Below the pieces are notes generated by a model. It was not told where the DNA came from. It saw only the letters and a list, made by a program, of their open reading frames with translations, and did no database searches. 64,000 nt of DNA from Bdellovibrionota bacterium (lineage in GTDB: Bacteria; Bdellovibrionota; FAC87; UBA2466), in NCBI GenBank assembly GCA_041749855.1, contig JBGTAN010000026.1, forward strand, positions 24,472 to 88,471, read 5' to 3'. Below are positions 1-8,017 of this stretch, piece after piece (the stretch's first letter is position 1; each line of letters begins with the position of its first letter). The position numbers were made by a program, and so were the translations under genes.

Positions 1-47
1 AATCTTTTTTCCAAAAGGCAGTTTGGAATACTTCTGATGCTTTGCAA

Positions 48-866
48 CTAACTGCATACGTCTTCCTTTCGGTTTTCAAAACCCGCCCTAAGAAATAGAG
101 GGTCTCGCTCCGTTTGTGGTACCGGATATTCACTATACGCGACTCGAGCGATGGCGCGGGCCAAAGGCTCGCATTCATGGCTCCAAAATTCTGAGAGTGC
201 ATCGACTGCCTCTTGAACCTCTTCCGATTTGGCACGGGCTCCTGCATTGTCGAGAAGCTTCAAAACCAGTGTCTCGAGAAAAATATTTGAACGGCCTCGG
301 AAGTAATCAACCAGTAGGGCATTCCAACTGCTGGGCAGGCGTCGGAAACCGAATTCATAGGAGTAGGCTTTCTTGTCGAAAGTCTTACGTGGAATAGGGT
401 GGCCGGCGAATTGGAGCAAACGCACCAGCGAGAAAAAGGCTTCTGCCGTGACGGACCGCGATCGAAAAGCCCCATGAAAGAGGTAGTCCGGAAAAACTTC
501 GGGAGTGGTCGTGAAGCACAGAAACGTGTCGGTGCCTTGTTCACGTAGACCGATGAGGGGATAGCGGTAGCTAAACGCGGAGGCGACATTGAGCTTTGGC
601 TTCTGTTCCTGAATATGTCGGACTTCCGCAAGGCAGGCATCTAGTTCGGAATCGCAAATCGACCAAGTCAGCTCTGTCGCGGCTTTTACGATTTTTCGCA
701 TCTTGCCCCCGCGGGCGCGGCGGTATTCGCCTAGCCGGCGGCGGAGGCTTTTGGCTTTTCCAACGTAAAGAACTTTCTGGTCGGCATCGCGGAACGAGTA
801 AACACCCGGCGTGGCCGGGACGGAAAGAATGAACTGCTTTCCGAATTTCTTGTCGAAGAGTTTCAA
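48..866 (-). CDS. GIY-YIG nuclease, UvrC N-terminal/Cho-like
   Basis: The N-terminus PGVYSFRD...VLYVGKAKSLRRRL matches the GIY-YIG motif layout of UvrC/Cho. The only start upstream of the motif is TTG at 866, which overlaps the stop of the upstream exonuclease gene (TTGA). Confidence 0.7.
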   Translation of the reverse strand: MKLFDKKFGKQFILSVPATPGVYSFRDADQKVLYVGKAKSLRRRLGEYRRARGGKMRKIVKAATELTWSICDSELDACLAEVRHIQEQKPKLNVASAFSYRYPLIGLREQGTDTFLCFTTTPEVFPDYLFHGAFRSRSVTAEAFFSLVRLLQFAGHPIPRKTFDKKAYSYEFGFRRLPSSWNALLVDYFRGRSNIFLETLVLKLLDNAGARAKSEEVQEAVDALSEFWSHECEPLARAIARVAYSEYPVPQTERDPLFLRAGFENRKEDVCS

Positions 867-1462
867 GGAGCCTTGGGTTTAAGCAACTCCAACATCTTAA
901 GGTAGATCACGCCCATATCCAACGCATCTGAGAGGGCGGTGTGTTCAGGCTCTTCACGAACACCAAAATACTTCATGATCTTGCTCGAAGACTCAGTGCC
1001 AGGGGGCATCTTGCCCGAATCCACAAGCGCGCGAGCGACGCAGGTCACATCCAGGGTGTGATGGTGAAAATGCTGCTTCATGAAGTCGTCGCCCAAAGTG
1101 CGTGTGAGCAGAGGAATATCCAAAGCGCTCATGCTCTTGCCCAAGAAAATAGGCCGGCTGTCGCCAAAAAACTTCTTCATTTCAGGAGTCGTCATGTACG
1201 CATGTACTTCTGTGATGAGCTGTGTGACCGGAACCCCTTTCGCGTGGGCATCGCGAATAAGGCCCTCGTTGTGTTCAACGACCCAGGAGTTCAAAGAAGG
1301 CTTCAGCTCTTCGAAGCTCGCGCACTGAACAAGCCACTCTTTTCCCATTTCGGTATGGACCTTGTTCGCCGTGGTATCTACGGGAACAAACGCTAGCTGG
1401 ATCAAAACGCAATCCGGCGTTAAGCCCGTTGCTTCAGTGTCTACACTTAAATACTTCGCCAT
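863..1462 (-). CDS. DEDDh 3-prime-5-prime exonuclease (DnaQ/RNase T-like)
   Basis: Exo I motif LSVDTEATGL near the N-terminus and Exo III-like HTALSDALD near the C-terminus. The size (199 aa) is typical of stand-alone epsilon-like exonucleases. Confidence 0.75.
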   Translation of the reverse strand: MAKYLSVDTEATGLTPDCVLIQLAFVPVDTTANKVHTEMGKEWLVQCASFEELKPSLNSWVVEHNEGLIRDAHAKGVPVTQLITEVHAYMTTPEMKKFFGDSRPIFLGKSMSALDIPLLTRTLGDDFMKQHFHHHTLDVTCVARALVDSGKMPPGTESSSKIMKYFGVREEPEHTALSDALDMGVIYLKMLELLKPKAP

Positions 1463-1479
1463 CGAAACTCCCTGTTTGC

Positions 1480-1872
1480 TTACTTCACTTTAGCGGATGG
1501 GCGAGACCAGATAAAGACCAATACCGCGAGTCCCACCGCATCCAGCGCGGCTTTGGCGCCTACTGGCAGTTTAGAAAACAGCGTGAGGCCCGCGAAACTG
1601 CCGACGATCATCGCAGTCGCCATCCACTTGGCCCGCAGGCGAATGATGCCGCCATCCTCCCAATCGCGAATGGGAGGGCCCAGCAAAATATGATCTCGCA
1701 TCCACTGGTGCATGCGTTCGGACCCTTTGGAGAAACAAAATGCAGCAAGAATGACGAAGGGAGCAGTGGGAAGTACCGGCAGAAACGCTCCCAAGATTCC
1801 CAGCGCGAGCGCCAGATAGGCCACGGTCAGGTAGAGAACCCGCGCCACGGGATGAATAGGTTTTTTAACCAC
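1480..1872 (-). CDS. YbaN/DUF454 family inner-membrane protein
   Basis: The hydrophobic pattern LGILGAFLPVLPTAPFVILAAFCFSKGSERMHQWM resembles the YbaN family. The ORF is open to 2067, but that part overlaps dus. I chose GTG at 1872 (131 aa); ATG at 1926 is an alternative. Confidence 0.55.
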   Translation of the reverse strand: MVKKPIHPVARVLYLTVAYLALALGILGAFLPVLPTAPFVILAAFCFSKGSERMHQWMRDHILLGPPIRDWEDGGIIRLRAKWMATAMIVGSFAGLTLFSKLPVGAKAALDAVGLAVLVFIWSRPSAKVK

Positions 1873-2896
1873 GACTCGCCATTTGCTCGAAGATAGCCTC
1901 TGCCGTCGGTAAACGCTTGATGCCATCGAACCAAGGCACTTTTCCGTACCGCGTTGCCATACTGGTCCATTGCTTGATTCGCCGAGCCAGAAGCTGCGAA
2001 CGATCGGACCTTGCGCCGATGTGAGTGCCAAAGCGTTGAAAGAGCGGAAGCCAATCAAGCGGTTCAATCCCGAAAGGAGAGGATAGTTTGAAATCCCCGA
2101 TTCCTAGCTCGGCAGCGGCATTCATCGGAAGCAGTGGGTCGACCAACGCACCACGGCCCAACATGAAATGTTCACACTGGGTGATTTCGCGACACCGGCG
2201 AAAATCTTCCATCGTCCAGATATCGCCGTTGGCCACCACTGGCAGAGGCGCCAGGCGCTTGCGCACTTCGCCAATGGGTTCCCAGAAAATCGGTGGTTGG
2301 TAACCCGCAACACGCGTTCGTCCATGAATAGTCAGCCAGGTTGCGCCGCCTTGCGCCGCCATTTCCGCATTCTCCAAAATGGAATCAATCGAGTCCCATC
2401 CCAGTCGGAGCTTGGCTGACACCGGAATTTCGCTGGGAACAGCGGCTCGCACTTTCGAAACAATCTCACGAATGCGATGCGGGTATTTCAGAAGAGTGGC
2501 ACCGCCATCGTGGCGATTCACGGTGGGAGCGGGGCATCCAAAATTCAAATCAATCGCGCCCACTCCCAAGCGAACCGCGGTCTGGGCCGCTTCGGCCAGG
2601 GCGTCGGCTTGCCCACCCAAGAGCTGGATCTGAACGGGCACGCGGCTCGGTGTGCGGCAACCCTGCTTCAGTTCAGGAACATGCCGCAGGAAAACGTGCT
2701 CGGGAACCGACTGATGGCACACGCGCAAGAACTCAGACACACAAAAGGCAAAAGCACCCGCTTCGGTCTGCACGGCGCGCATGGGTGCATCCGTAATCCC
2801 CTCCATAGGGGCCAGAATAAGGGCGGGTTTGCCGGGTTCAAGGCGGGGGAAAGCTTGCATCCGGGCCAGATTAGAAGCCCCATCGAAAAAGGGCAA
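1865..2896 (-). CDS. dus: tRNA-dihydrouridine synthase (DusC-like)
   Basis: LILAPMEGITDAPMR at the N-terminus and the DLNFGCP motif are typical of the Dus family TIM-barrel flavoenzymes. Confidence 0.85.
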   Translation of the reverse strand: MPFFDGASNLARMQAFPRLEPGKPALILAPMEGITDAPMRAVQTEAGAFAFCVSEFLRVCHQSVPEHVFLRHVPELKQGCRTPSRVPVQIQLLGGQADALAEAAQTAVRLGVGAIDLNFGCPAPTVNRHDGGATLLKYPHRIREIVSKVRAAVPSEIPVSAKLRLGWDSIDSILENAEMAAQGGATWLTIHGRTRVAGYQPPIFWEPIGEVRKRLAPLPVVANGDIWTMEDFRRCREITQCEHFMLGRGALVDPLLPMNAAAELGIGDFKLSSPFGIEPLDWLPLFQRFGTHIGARSDRSQLLARRIKQWTSMATRYGKVPWFDGIKRLPTAEAIFEQMASRG

Positions 2897-2953
2897 GTTA
2901 CTGTAACTTCCGTCGAAATGGGTCTAAAATGGGGTCTTCTTAGGAGATTCGCT

Positions 2954-3310
2954 ATGTTGTTGGGAAATCTTTGGGTCGCAGCATTCGTAACCCTCGCCAT
3001 GAGCGCTCCTCCTCCCCATAAGAAGATGCCGGTCGTAGCCAAGGAATCCCCCTCGGCGAATGCCTCGTTAACTACTACCTGCAAGGGCGCTGGCGATGAT
3101 GTGCGTGTCATTTTGAATGAGCGCACCAAGCATGATGCAGCTGCCGAAGCGGGCAGCGAAGCGGCTGAAGGTATGAGCTGCAATGTGCTTTACACAAAAA
3201 ATGGCCAGACCCAATCCGTCGCCAGCGCGCAGTTAGAAACTGAATACTGCGATGGCGTCGCCGCCAAGATGCGCATTACCCTCGAAGGCGCTGGCTTTAA
3301 GTGTGATTAG
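2954..3310 (+). CDS. small secreted hypothetical protein (4 Cys)
   Basis: ATG at 2954 is preceded by AGGAGA at 2942-2947. It has a signal-peptide-like N-terminus MLLGNLWVAAFVTLAMSA. The longer ORF from 2477 is antisense to dus and was rejected. Confidence 0.5.
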   Translation: MLLGNLWVAAFVTLAMSAPPPHKKMPVVAKESPSANASLTTTCKGAGDDVRVILNERTKHDAAAEAGSEAAEGMSCNVLYTKNGQTQSVASAQLETEYCDGVAAKMRITLEGAGFKCD

Positions 3311-3388
3311 AGCCAGTTTTCGCCCGCGGACTTCTCGAAGCCTCGGCTGATGTGCGAAAACTAACATGGCTGACGCGAAAACGTGCGC

Positions 3389-3751
3389 TTAGCGAATTCG
3401 GAGATATGCCTTCAATGCGAGTCTAACTTTCTCGCGTTCGTTCTCGAAAAGTGATCCGAGTTTCTTGAGGGGTTTAAAGAACTCGTCTGGCAGCGTGTAG
3501 ATCTCATGACAAAGAATCTTGCAATTCTTGGTGACGAATCCACCGTATCCGTTCGGCAGTTCGACTTCAGTCATCGTTACCCGCTGTCCCCGATCTTGGA
3601 GAGGGCTACACGTGAACTTGTTTCTCATGTCGGGCGGCGCAATGAGCACATACGCCCGGTGCGTCTTTGAACTATCGGTCGGCTGAGGTGGAGCGGTTTT
3701 CTTGATCGCTTCCTGCTGAGGAACCCAGTAAATTTCCCAGATGGCTGCCAT
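3389..3751 (-). CDS. PemK/MazF-fold type II toxin (putative)
   Basis: At 120 aa, the pattern WEIYWV...HRAYVLIAPP...CSPLQ...ILCHEIYTLP...LGSLFENEREKVRLALKAYL resembles MazF/PemK-family layout. It starts 5 nt downstream of a small RHH-like ORF. The local sequence is visibly AT-richer than its flanks. Confidence 0.55.
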   Translation of the reverse strand: MAAIWEIYWVPQQEAIKKTAPPQPTDSSKTHRAYVLIAPPDMRNKFTCSPLQDRGQRVTMTEVELPNGYGGFVTKNCKILCHEIYTLPDEFFKPLKKLGSLFENEREKVRLALKAYLRIR

Positions 3752-3756
3752 CGCTA

Positions 3757-3984
3757 TTACTTGACCTGCGCTTTGGCCATCGAAGTGGGCAATGGCGCGG
3801 CTTCTTCCTTGTGGAGCTTTGAGTCTTCAACTAATTGATGCTCGAGAAGTTTCTCTAGGCCTGCCTCAACGACTTCCGATTGGGTTTTGAAATATCCCCG
3901 TGAAACGAACATTTCGATAATCTCGGCAGAGCGATTTTTGATCTCGGGTCGGAATACCTTGTTTTTGATTTCTAAGTTCCGCAT
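3757..3984 (-). CDS. ribbon-helix-helix-like antitoxin (putative)
   Basis: This is a 75-aa ORF starting at ATG 3984, with GGAGAA about 6 nt upstream. It is small and charged and sits immediately upstream of the toxin-like ORF. The RHH assignment rests on size and position only. Confidence 0.45.
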   Translation of the reverse strand: MRNLEIKNKVFRPEIKNRSAEIIEMFVSRGYFKTQSEVVEAGLEKLLEHQLVEDSKLHKEEAAPLPTSMAKAQVK

Positions 3985-4114
3985 TTCAGTTCTCCAAATG
4001 TAGTGTACACGAAACATGTACACGAATCAACACCTGGTTGAGCGGCAAACTGGCAAGCTGATGGTTATTTTATGTTAAATATTTATTATAATTGGATATT
4101 CAGCAAGAGCAGGT

Positions 4115-4126
4115 GTGCACGTGCAC
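4115..4126. repeat. perfect 12-nt palindrome GTGCACGTGCAC at the edge of the AT-rich region upstream of the toxin-antitoxin pair
   Basis: Read directly from the sequence. A possible operator; function unknown. Confidence 0.3.
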
Positions 4127-4281
4127 GGTGATCCATGCTCCGCTAACCCCTCATCCGGAGAGCTTTCATACCAAGGAACTATTTGTGAGTTTCGCCAGGT
4201 CGGATGGGAACACCAGAGATTGTTCCGCGTGATAGCTCATCGAGAGCCACTTTTACGTCTTTCAAAAGGGCTTCCCCGCCA

Positions 4282-4297
4282 CTCTCCGCGCGGAGAG
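4282..4297. repeat. 16-nt palindrome CTCTCCGCGCGGAGAG (solo copy)
   Basis: Read directly. The 19 nt CTCTCCGCGCGGAGAGTTC are identical to 51842-51860. Confidence 0.85.
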
Positions 4298-4364
4298 TTC
4301 CAAGCAGCCAACCCTGCTAGTTTTCGCACGGCGCCTCAGGTGCTAGAAGTCTGAAAGCGAAAAC

Positions 4365-4667
4365 TTATCCTCCCGCACAAGGCGGAGACTTTCGATTGGT
4401 CTGGTACTGGACCCATTCTTCGGGAGTGTAGGTCTGAAGCGCAAGCGCGTGTACGCCGTTTTTCATTTCTTCTTCTAGTAAGCCGTAAACCATCCGGTGG
4501 CGCTCGACGAGCGTTTTACCCGCAAAGCCCTTGGTGACGAGTAGCAGCTTGAAATGGGTTTCGCGGCCCGGAGGCCCTTTGTGGTTGTCGCTTTCGTTCA
4601 CCACTTCCACGTGCTGGGGGGTGAAGACCGACTTCACTTTTGCTTCTATTCGTTGCTTTACAGTCAC
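4365..4667 (-). CDS. bolA: BolA family protein
   Basis: The translation aligns by eye with E. coli BolA along its whole length (KQRIEAKV..., HFKLLLVTKGFAGKTLVERHRMVY, VHALALQTYTPEEW, SPPCAGG). A GTG start at 4667 gives 100 aa. The ATG at 4796 would add an unmatched 43-aa extension. Confidence 0.8.
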   Translation of the reverse strand: MTVKQRIEAKVKSVFTPQHVEVVNESDNHKGPPGRETHFKLLLVTKGFAGKTLVERHRMVYGLLEEEMKNGVHALALQTYTPEEWVQYQTNRKSPPCAGG

Positions 4668-4691
4668 GCGCCCTACTATAGAGAGTTCCGT

Positions 4692-5618
4692 ATGGAATGG
4701 AAGGACGTCGATTGGAAGATTTTTCACAGCCTGCGAGCAGGCTTTCTCACCCGACCCAAGGCCGATTATTGGGACTCTGACCGAGTGCTCGAGCACTACG
4801 ATCTAGCTATCGCACCTCGCATTGTCGATAAATGGCGCTCGGTTTGGGCGGATGTTCAGGCCTCCGGAAAGTGGCCCGCGCCAAGTGTGCTTTTGGATTG
4901 GGGCTGCGGCACGGGTGCGGCAACCCTTGAGTACATCCGAGTCTGGGGGAAGCCAGCAAAGGTTCTGCTCTGGGACCGTTCCCCGCGCGCGGTAGCTTTC
5001 GCAAAGAAAAAAGTGGAAGCGGTGGGGGTGCCTTGCGCCGCGTGGGACGAGAGTCGATTCGATGAACCTTTTGCTTTGATCGTGAGTCACGTCGTCAACG
5101 AAATGGACCCGGCGTCCAAGCAAAATCTCTTTTCGTTCTTACAGCAATCGCAGGCCTTTGCACGGGTGGAACCCGGAACGCCAGAAGCAGCCAAAGAGAT
5201 CATTGAAACACGGGAGAGTGTGACGACGCATACTTGGATCGCACCGTGCCCCCATCAGGCCGCGTGTCCCCTGAAAGCGAGTCAGGAAGATTGGTGCCAT
5301 TTTTTTGCAGAACCGCGACAGGAATATTTCACCAATGGCGATTGGGCGCGGTACGCCCGCGAAATGAAGATCGATTTGCGTTCGCTTCCTGTCAGCTACT
5401 TGATCGGCGTGAAGGGGCAAGACCAGGCGACGCATTCGAGAGGGCGGCTTATAGGGCGACCGAAAGTTCACAAGCGCGATGCGGAAGGTCTAATCTGTCG
5501 TGAATCCGGATGTGAGTGGGAGGCGATTGAACCCGAACAGGGCGAGCGTCTGAAGTCTCTGAAGGACAATCAGCTAGTACGAAGAGGAAAAACGCGGAGC
5601 CCGTGGGGGCCCCGCTGA
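4692..5618 (+). CDS. Rsm22-like SAM-dependent methyltransferase
   Basis: It has SAM motif I LLDWGCGTGAAT and a C-terminal Cys cluster CPHQAACPL...DWCHF of the kind seen in the Rsm22 family. The start is taken at ATG 4692 (MEWKDVDW). Confidence 0.6.
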   Translation: MEWKDVDWKIFHSLRAGFLTRPKADYWDSDRVLEHYDLAIAPRIVDKWRSVWADVQASGKWPAPSVLLDWGCGTGAATLEYIRVWGKPAKVLLWDRSPRAVAFAKKKVEAVGVPCAAWDESRFDEPFALIVSHVVNEMDPASKQNLFSFLQQSQAFARVEPGTPEAAKEIIETRESVTTHTWIAPCPHQAACPLKASQEDWCHFFAEPRQEYFTNGDWARYAREMKIDLRSLPVSYLIGVKGQDQATHSRGRLIGRPKVHKRDAEGLICRESGCEWEAIEPEQGERLKSLKDNQLVRRGKTRSPWGPR

Positions 5619-5622
5619 TTTT

Positions 5623-5865
5623 TCAAGTATTGTCGTGATCATCCACATGGTCAGCGTGCACGTGATGGTGATGACCATCGTGCTCGAAGTCCTGGTGGTC
5701 AGTATGTTTCACTGACTTGTGACCGCAATCTTTTCCATGCTTGTGGTTATGACCTGCATGTTTTTTACAAACATCGCCTTTGTGATCCTTGTCGTGATCA
5801 TGGGCGAAGGATTGGATTCCAAAAACCAGACCGAGTGCGAGAACTAATGAGCTTAACAACTGCAT
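5623..5865 (-). CDS. small secreted histidine-rich protein
   Basis: ATG at 5865 is preceded by AAGGAG. A signal peptide MQLLSSLVLALGLVFGIQSFA is followed by a mature part dominated by H, D and K (HDHDKDHKGD...HDGHHHHVHADHVDDHD). Confidence 0.6.
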   Translation of the reverse strand: MQLLSSLVLALGLVFGIQSFAHDHDKDHKGDVCKKHAGHNHKHGKDCGHKSVKHTDHQDFEHDGHHHHVHADHVDDHDNT

Positions 5866-5948
5866 GGCGTCTCCTTGATAGGTCGCTTGAACCTTCAAGC
5901 GATGTGACGAGAGTTTAAATCGATCTAGGGTTTGGGGCGCAGCGTAAA

Positions 5949-6770
5949 CTAAGGGGTTTTCGTCGGATCCCAACAGGTGCGAAACCCGTCATTCAGCGCA
6001 TCGAGCCGAGCCATTTCGGCTTCCCCTAAGTGAAAATCAAATACAGCCAGATTCTCAACGAGGCGCTCTTTTCGAGAGGTTTTGGGAATCACGGCGAGTC
6101 CGTGCTGCAGGCACCATCGGATGAGCACTTGGGCGACGGTCTTGCCACTGGATTTTGCGACGGATTGAAGCACTGCGTGATCGTGCCGGTGCCCGTGCAT
6201 CAAGGGGCTGTAAGCTTCCAGGACAATTCCGTTACTCTCACAGAAGCTAAGTAACTCTTTCTGATAGAGAAAGGGATGAAACTCGACTTGATTCACAGCG
6301 GGACGAATTCCGGTGCGGTTAATCAGTTCCTCCAGGTGCCTGACGGTGTAGTTGCTGACTCCCAACGCTCGGCACTTACCGCTCGCCATGACTTCCTGAA
6401 GGGCCTTCCAGGTCTCAACGCGTTTACCCTGAACCGGGAAATGACTCAAAAAAAGATCGATGTAGCCAATATCGAGTCTAGTTAGGCTTGCTTCAAAAGC
6501 AGGCACCGCTTTCGCAGCGCTGTGGTCATCGGTCCATAGCTTCGATGCGACGAAAAGTGTCTTGCGAGGTAAGTCGCTCTGTTTGATGGCTTCGCCGACT
6601 TCCTTTTCATTGCCATAGATGGCCGCGGTGTCGATATGGCGATAGCCCACTTTGAGAGCGGTCGTCACCGTGGCGGCGGTCTGCGCAGCAGGGAGCTTCC
6701 AGACGCCCAGTCCCATGCGCGGCATACTCACTCCGCTGCGTAACCTGATGTTGGGTTCGAGTATCTTCAT
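5949..6770 (-). CDS. aldo/keto reductase (2,5-diketo-D-gluconate reductase-like)
   Basis: The GYRHIDTAAIYGNE motif and overall AKR layout are present. The start is taken at MKILEPNIRLRSG (ATG 6770). Confidence 0.85.
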   Translation of the reverse strand: MKILEPNIRLRSGVSMPRMGLGVWKLPAAQTAATVTTALKVGYRHIDTAAIYGNEKEVGEAIKQSDLPRKTLFVASKLWTDDHSAAKAVPAFEASLTRLDIGYIDLFLSHFPVQGKRVETWKALQEVMASGKCRALGVSNYTVRHLEELINRTGIRPAVNQVEFHPFLYQKELLSFCESNGIVLEAYSPLMHGHRHDHAVLQSVAKSSGKTVAQVLIRWCLQHGLAVIPKTSRKERLVENLAVFDFHLGEAEMARLDALNDGFRTCWDPTKTP

Positions 6771-6822
6771 CGCTTCTTCAGGTAGATTGTCGTTCCAAGC
6801 CGGCTGTTGATACAATCGGAAA

Positions 6823-7278
6823 ATGCAGCTGCGTATTCGAGGGTCCGCCCTTTGCGTCCAAGACGGGAAGCTTTTGGTGGTTTGGTTGAGGGATCCCGCG
6901 ACCGGGACGCTGTACAAGCTTCCCCCGGGAGGCGCTGTGGAAAAACGCGAGTCCCCTTGGGAAGCAGCGCAGCGAGAGCTGCTCGAAGAGACGGGCTATC
7001 GCGCCAAGCTAGAAAAGAGTTCAGAAAAGGTAGTGGAGTATCCCTTTGTTTGGAATGGGCAGGTGCATGCCTGTCGTACCCATTTCTTCTTAGGCAAAAT
7101 AGTGGGGGACGCCCGTCCCGTTTCGTGTTCCGAGAAAGAAGTCGAAGGGACAGAGTGGTTGCCTCTGTCGAAACTCGAGAAAGAGTGGGGGTTTCACAAA
7201 CAGCTTTGTGCGGCACTCATGCCGATTGTTCTCGATGCTGATTCAAAAAAGCCAGCGCCTCTTCGAAAAAAAGCTTAG
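6823..7278 (+). CDS. NUDIX hydrolase
   Basis: Nudix box GGAVEKRESPWEAAQRELLEETG. Confidence 0.85.
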   Translation: MQLRIRGSALCVQDGKLLVVWLRDPATGTLYKLPPGGAVEKRESPWEAAQRELLEETGYRAKLEKSSEKVVEYPFVWNGQVHACRTHFFLGKIVGDARPVSCSEKEVEGTEWLPLSKLEKEWGFHKQLCAALMPIVLDADSKKPAPLRKKA

Positions 7279-8017
7279 CCGCTTCTGCTAGCACCAAATG
7301 CCCGACCCCTGGAATGAGCTTCAGGGTACTGCCCTTGATGGCTCGGTGGACAACATCTGCAGCTTCCTCGGGTACCACTTGGTCTTCGGTTCCATGCACG
7401 ATCAAAGTCGGTGCGCGGATGGAATGCAGTAATGCCGTGAAATCAAACACCCCAAGCGCTGCACGTTGTTGCTTGGCGCGTTCTCGCAAAACCGGATCGT
7501 GAAACGCTCTTGCTGTTTCCTTCACCAGTGAGCTAAAGAGCACCGGATTGCTCTCGGCAAACGCCTTAGAAAAATAGCGCTTCAAGTTTTCTTCCGCGGT
7601 CTTGGGGGCTTGCCCCGAAAGATTATTGTCGAGACCCAAAAAGAAAGACGAAGGGGTGGTCGATACAAGGACGAGCGCCAAGACACGAGCGGCGTGCTGG
7701 CTGCCGAGCAGCATGCTCAGGATGCCGCCATACGAAATGCCAAGCACTGCCGACCGAGCGATACCGAGAGAATCCCAAATCGCGACGACATCGCCGACCA
7801 TGTCATTCACGGTAAAGCCAGGTGGGTTTGTCGTTTGTCCGCAGCCGCGATTGTCGATGCGAATGACGCGCCAGCCACGTTCCGATAGAAACTTGCTCAT
7901 CGAACGAAAATCGCTCGACGTACGACTGTAGCCGTTCAACAGCGTCACGACAGGCTGGGAAGCTTCCCCTTCGATCTCATAAAACAGTTCTGCTTCACCG
8001 TTGCGGTGGGTAGGCAT
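7217..8017 (-). CDS. alpha/beta-fold hydrolase
   Basis: Nucleophile elbow GISYGG and an HG-like LLNGYSRTS oxyanion region. The ATG at 8017 overlaps the stop of the upstream gene (TGATG). Confidence 0.8.
   Translation of the reverse strand: MPTHRNGEAELFYEIEGEASQPVVTLLNGYSRTSSDFRSMSKFLSERGWRVIRIDNRGCGQTTNPPGFTVNDMVGDVVAIWDSLGIARSAVLGISYGGILSMLLGSQHAARVLALVLVSTTPSSFFLGLDNNLSGQAPKTAEENLKRYFSKAFAESNPVLFSSLVKETARAFHDPVLRERAKQQRAALGVFDFTALLHSIRAPTLIVHGTEDQVVPEEAADVVHRAIKGSTLKLIPGVGHLVLAEAAKLFFEEALAFLNQHREQSA

Noticed and set aside
1873-2067. The long version of the ybaN-like ORF, and the 1827-2054 ORF.
   Set aside because: They overlap the dus 3-prime region on the same strand in other frames. Family length (about 125-130 aa) supports the short form.
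2477-2953. An N-terminal extension of the 2477-3310 ORF.
   Set aside because: It is antisense to the well-supported dus gene. An internal ATG at 2954 with an AGGAGA Shine-Dalgarno and a signal peptide explains the downstream part.
4115-4354. A 79-aa plus-strand ORF in the gap between the toxin-antitoxin islet and bolA. The minus strand also has a roughly 45-codon open frame (ending near 4160, ...GEALLKDVKVALDELSRGTISGVPIRPGETHK) that looks protein-like.
   Set aside because: The plus-strand ORF starts with a GTG inside a palindrome, has no Shine-Dalgarno, and has an implausible composition. The minus-strand frame has no ATG or usable start and is bounded upstream by a stop. It may be a gene remnant, but I cannot support calling it a pseudogene.
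7217-7278. A 62-nt convergent overlap between the Nudix and alpha/beta hydrolase genes. Similar overlaps occur at 33131-33185 and 46899-46978.
   Set aside because: Both stops are fixed by the sequence, and such overlaps are compatible with a compact genome. I treat them as a genome-style observation rather than a discrete feature, except where discussed for lpxC.
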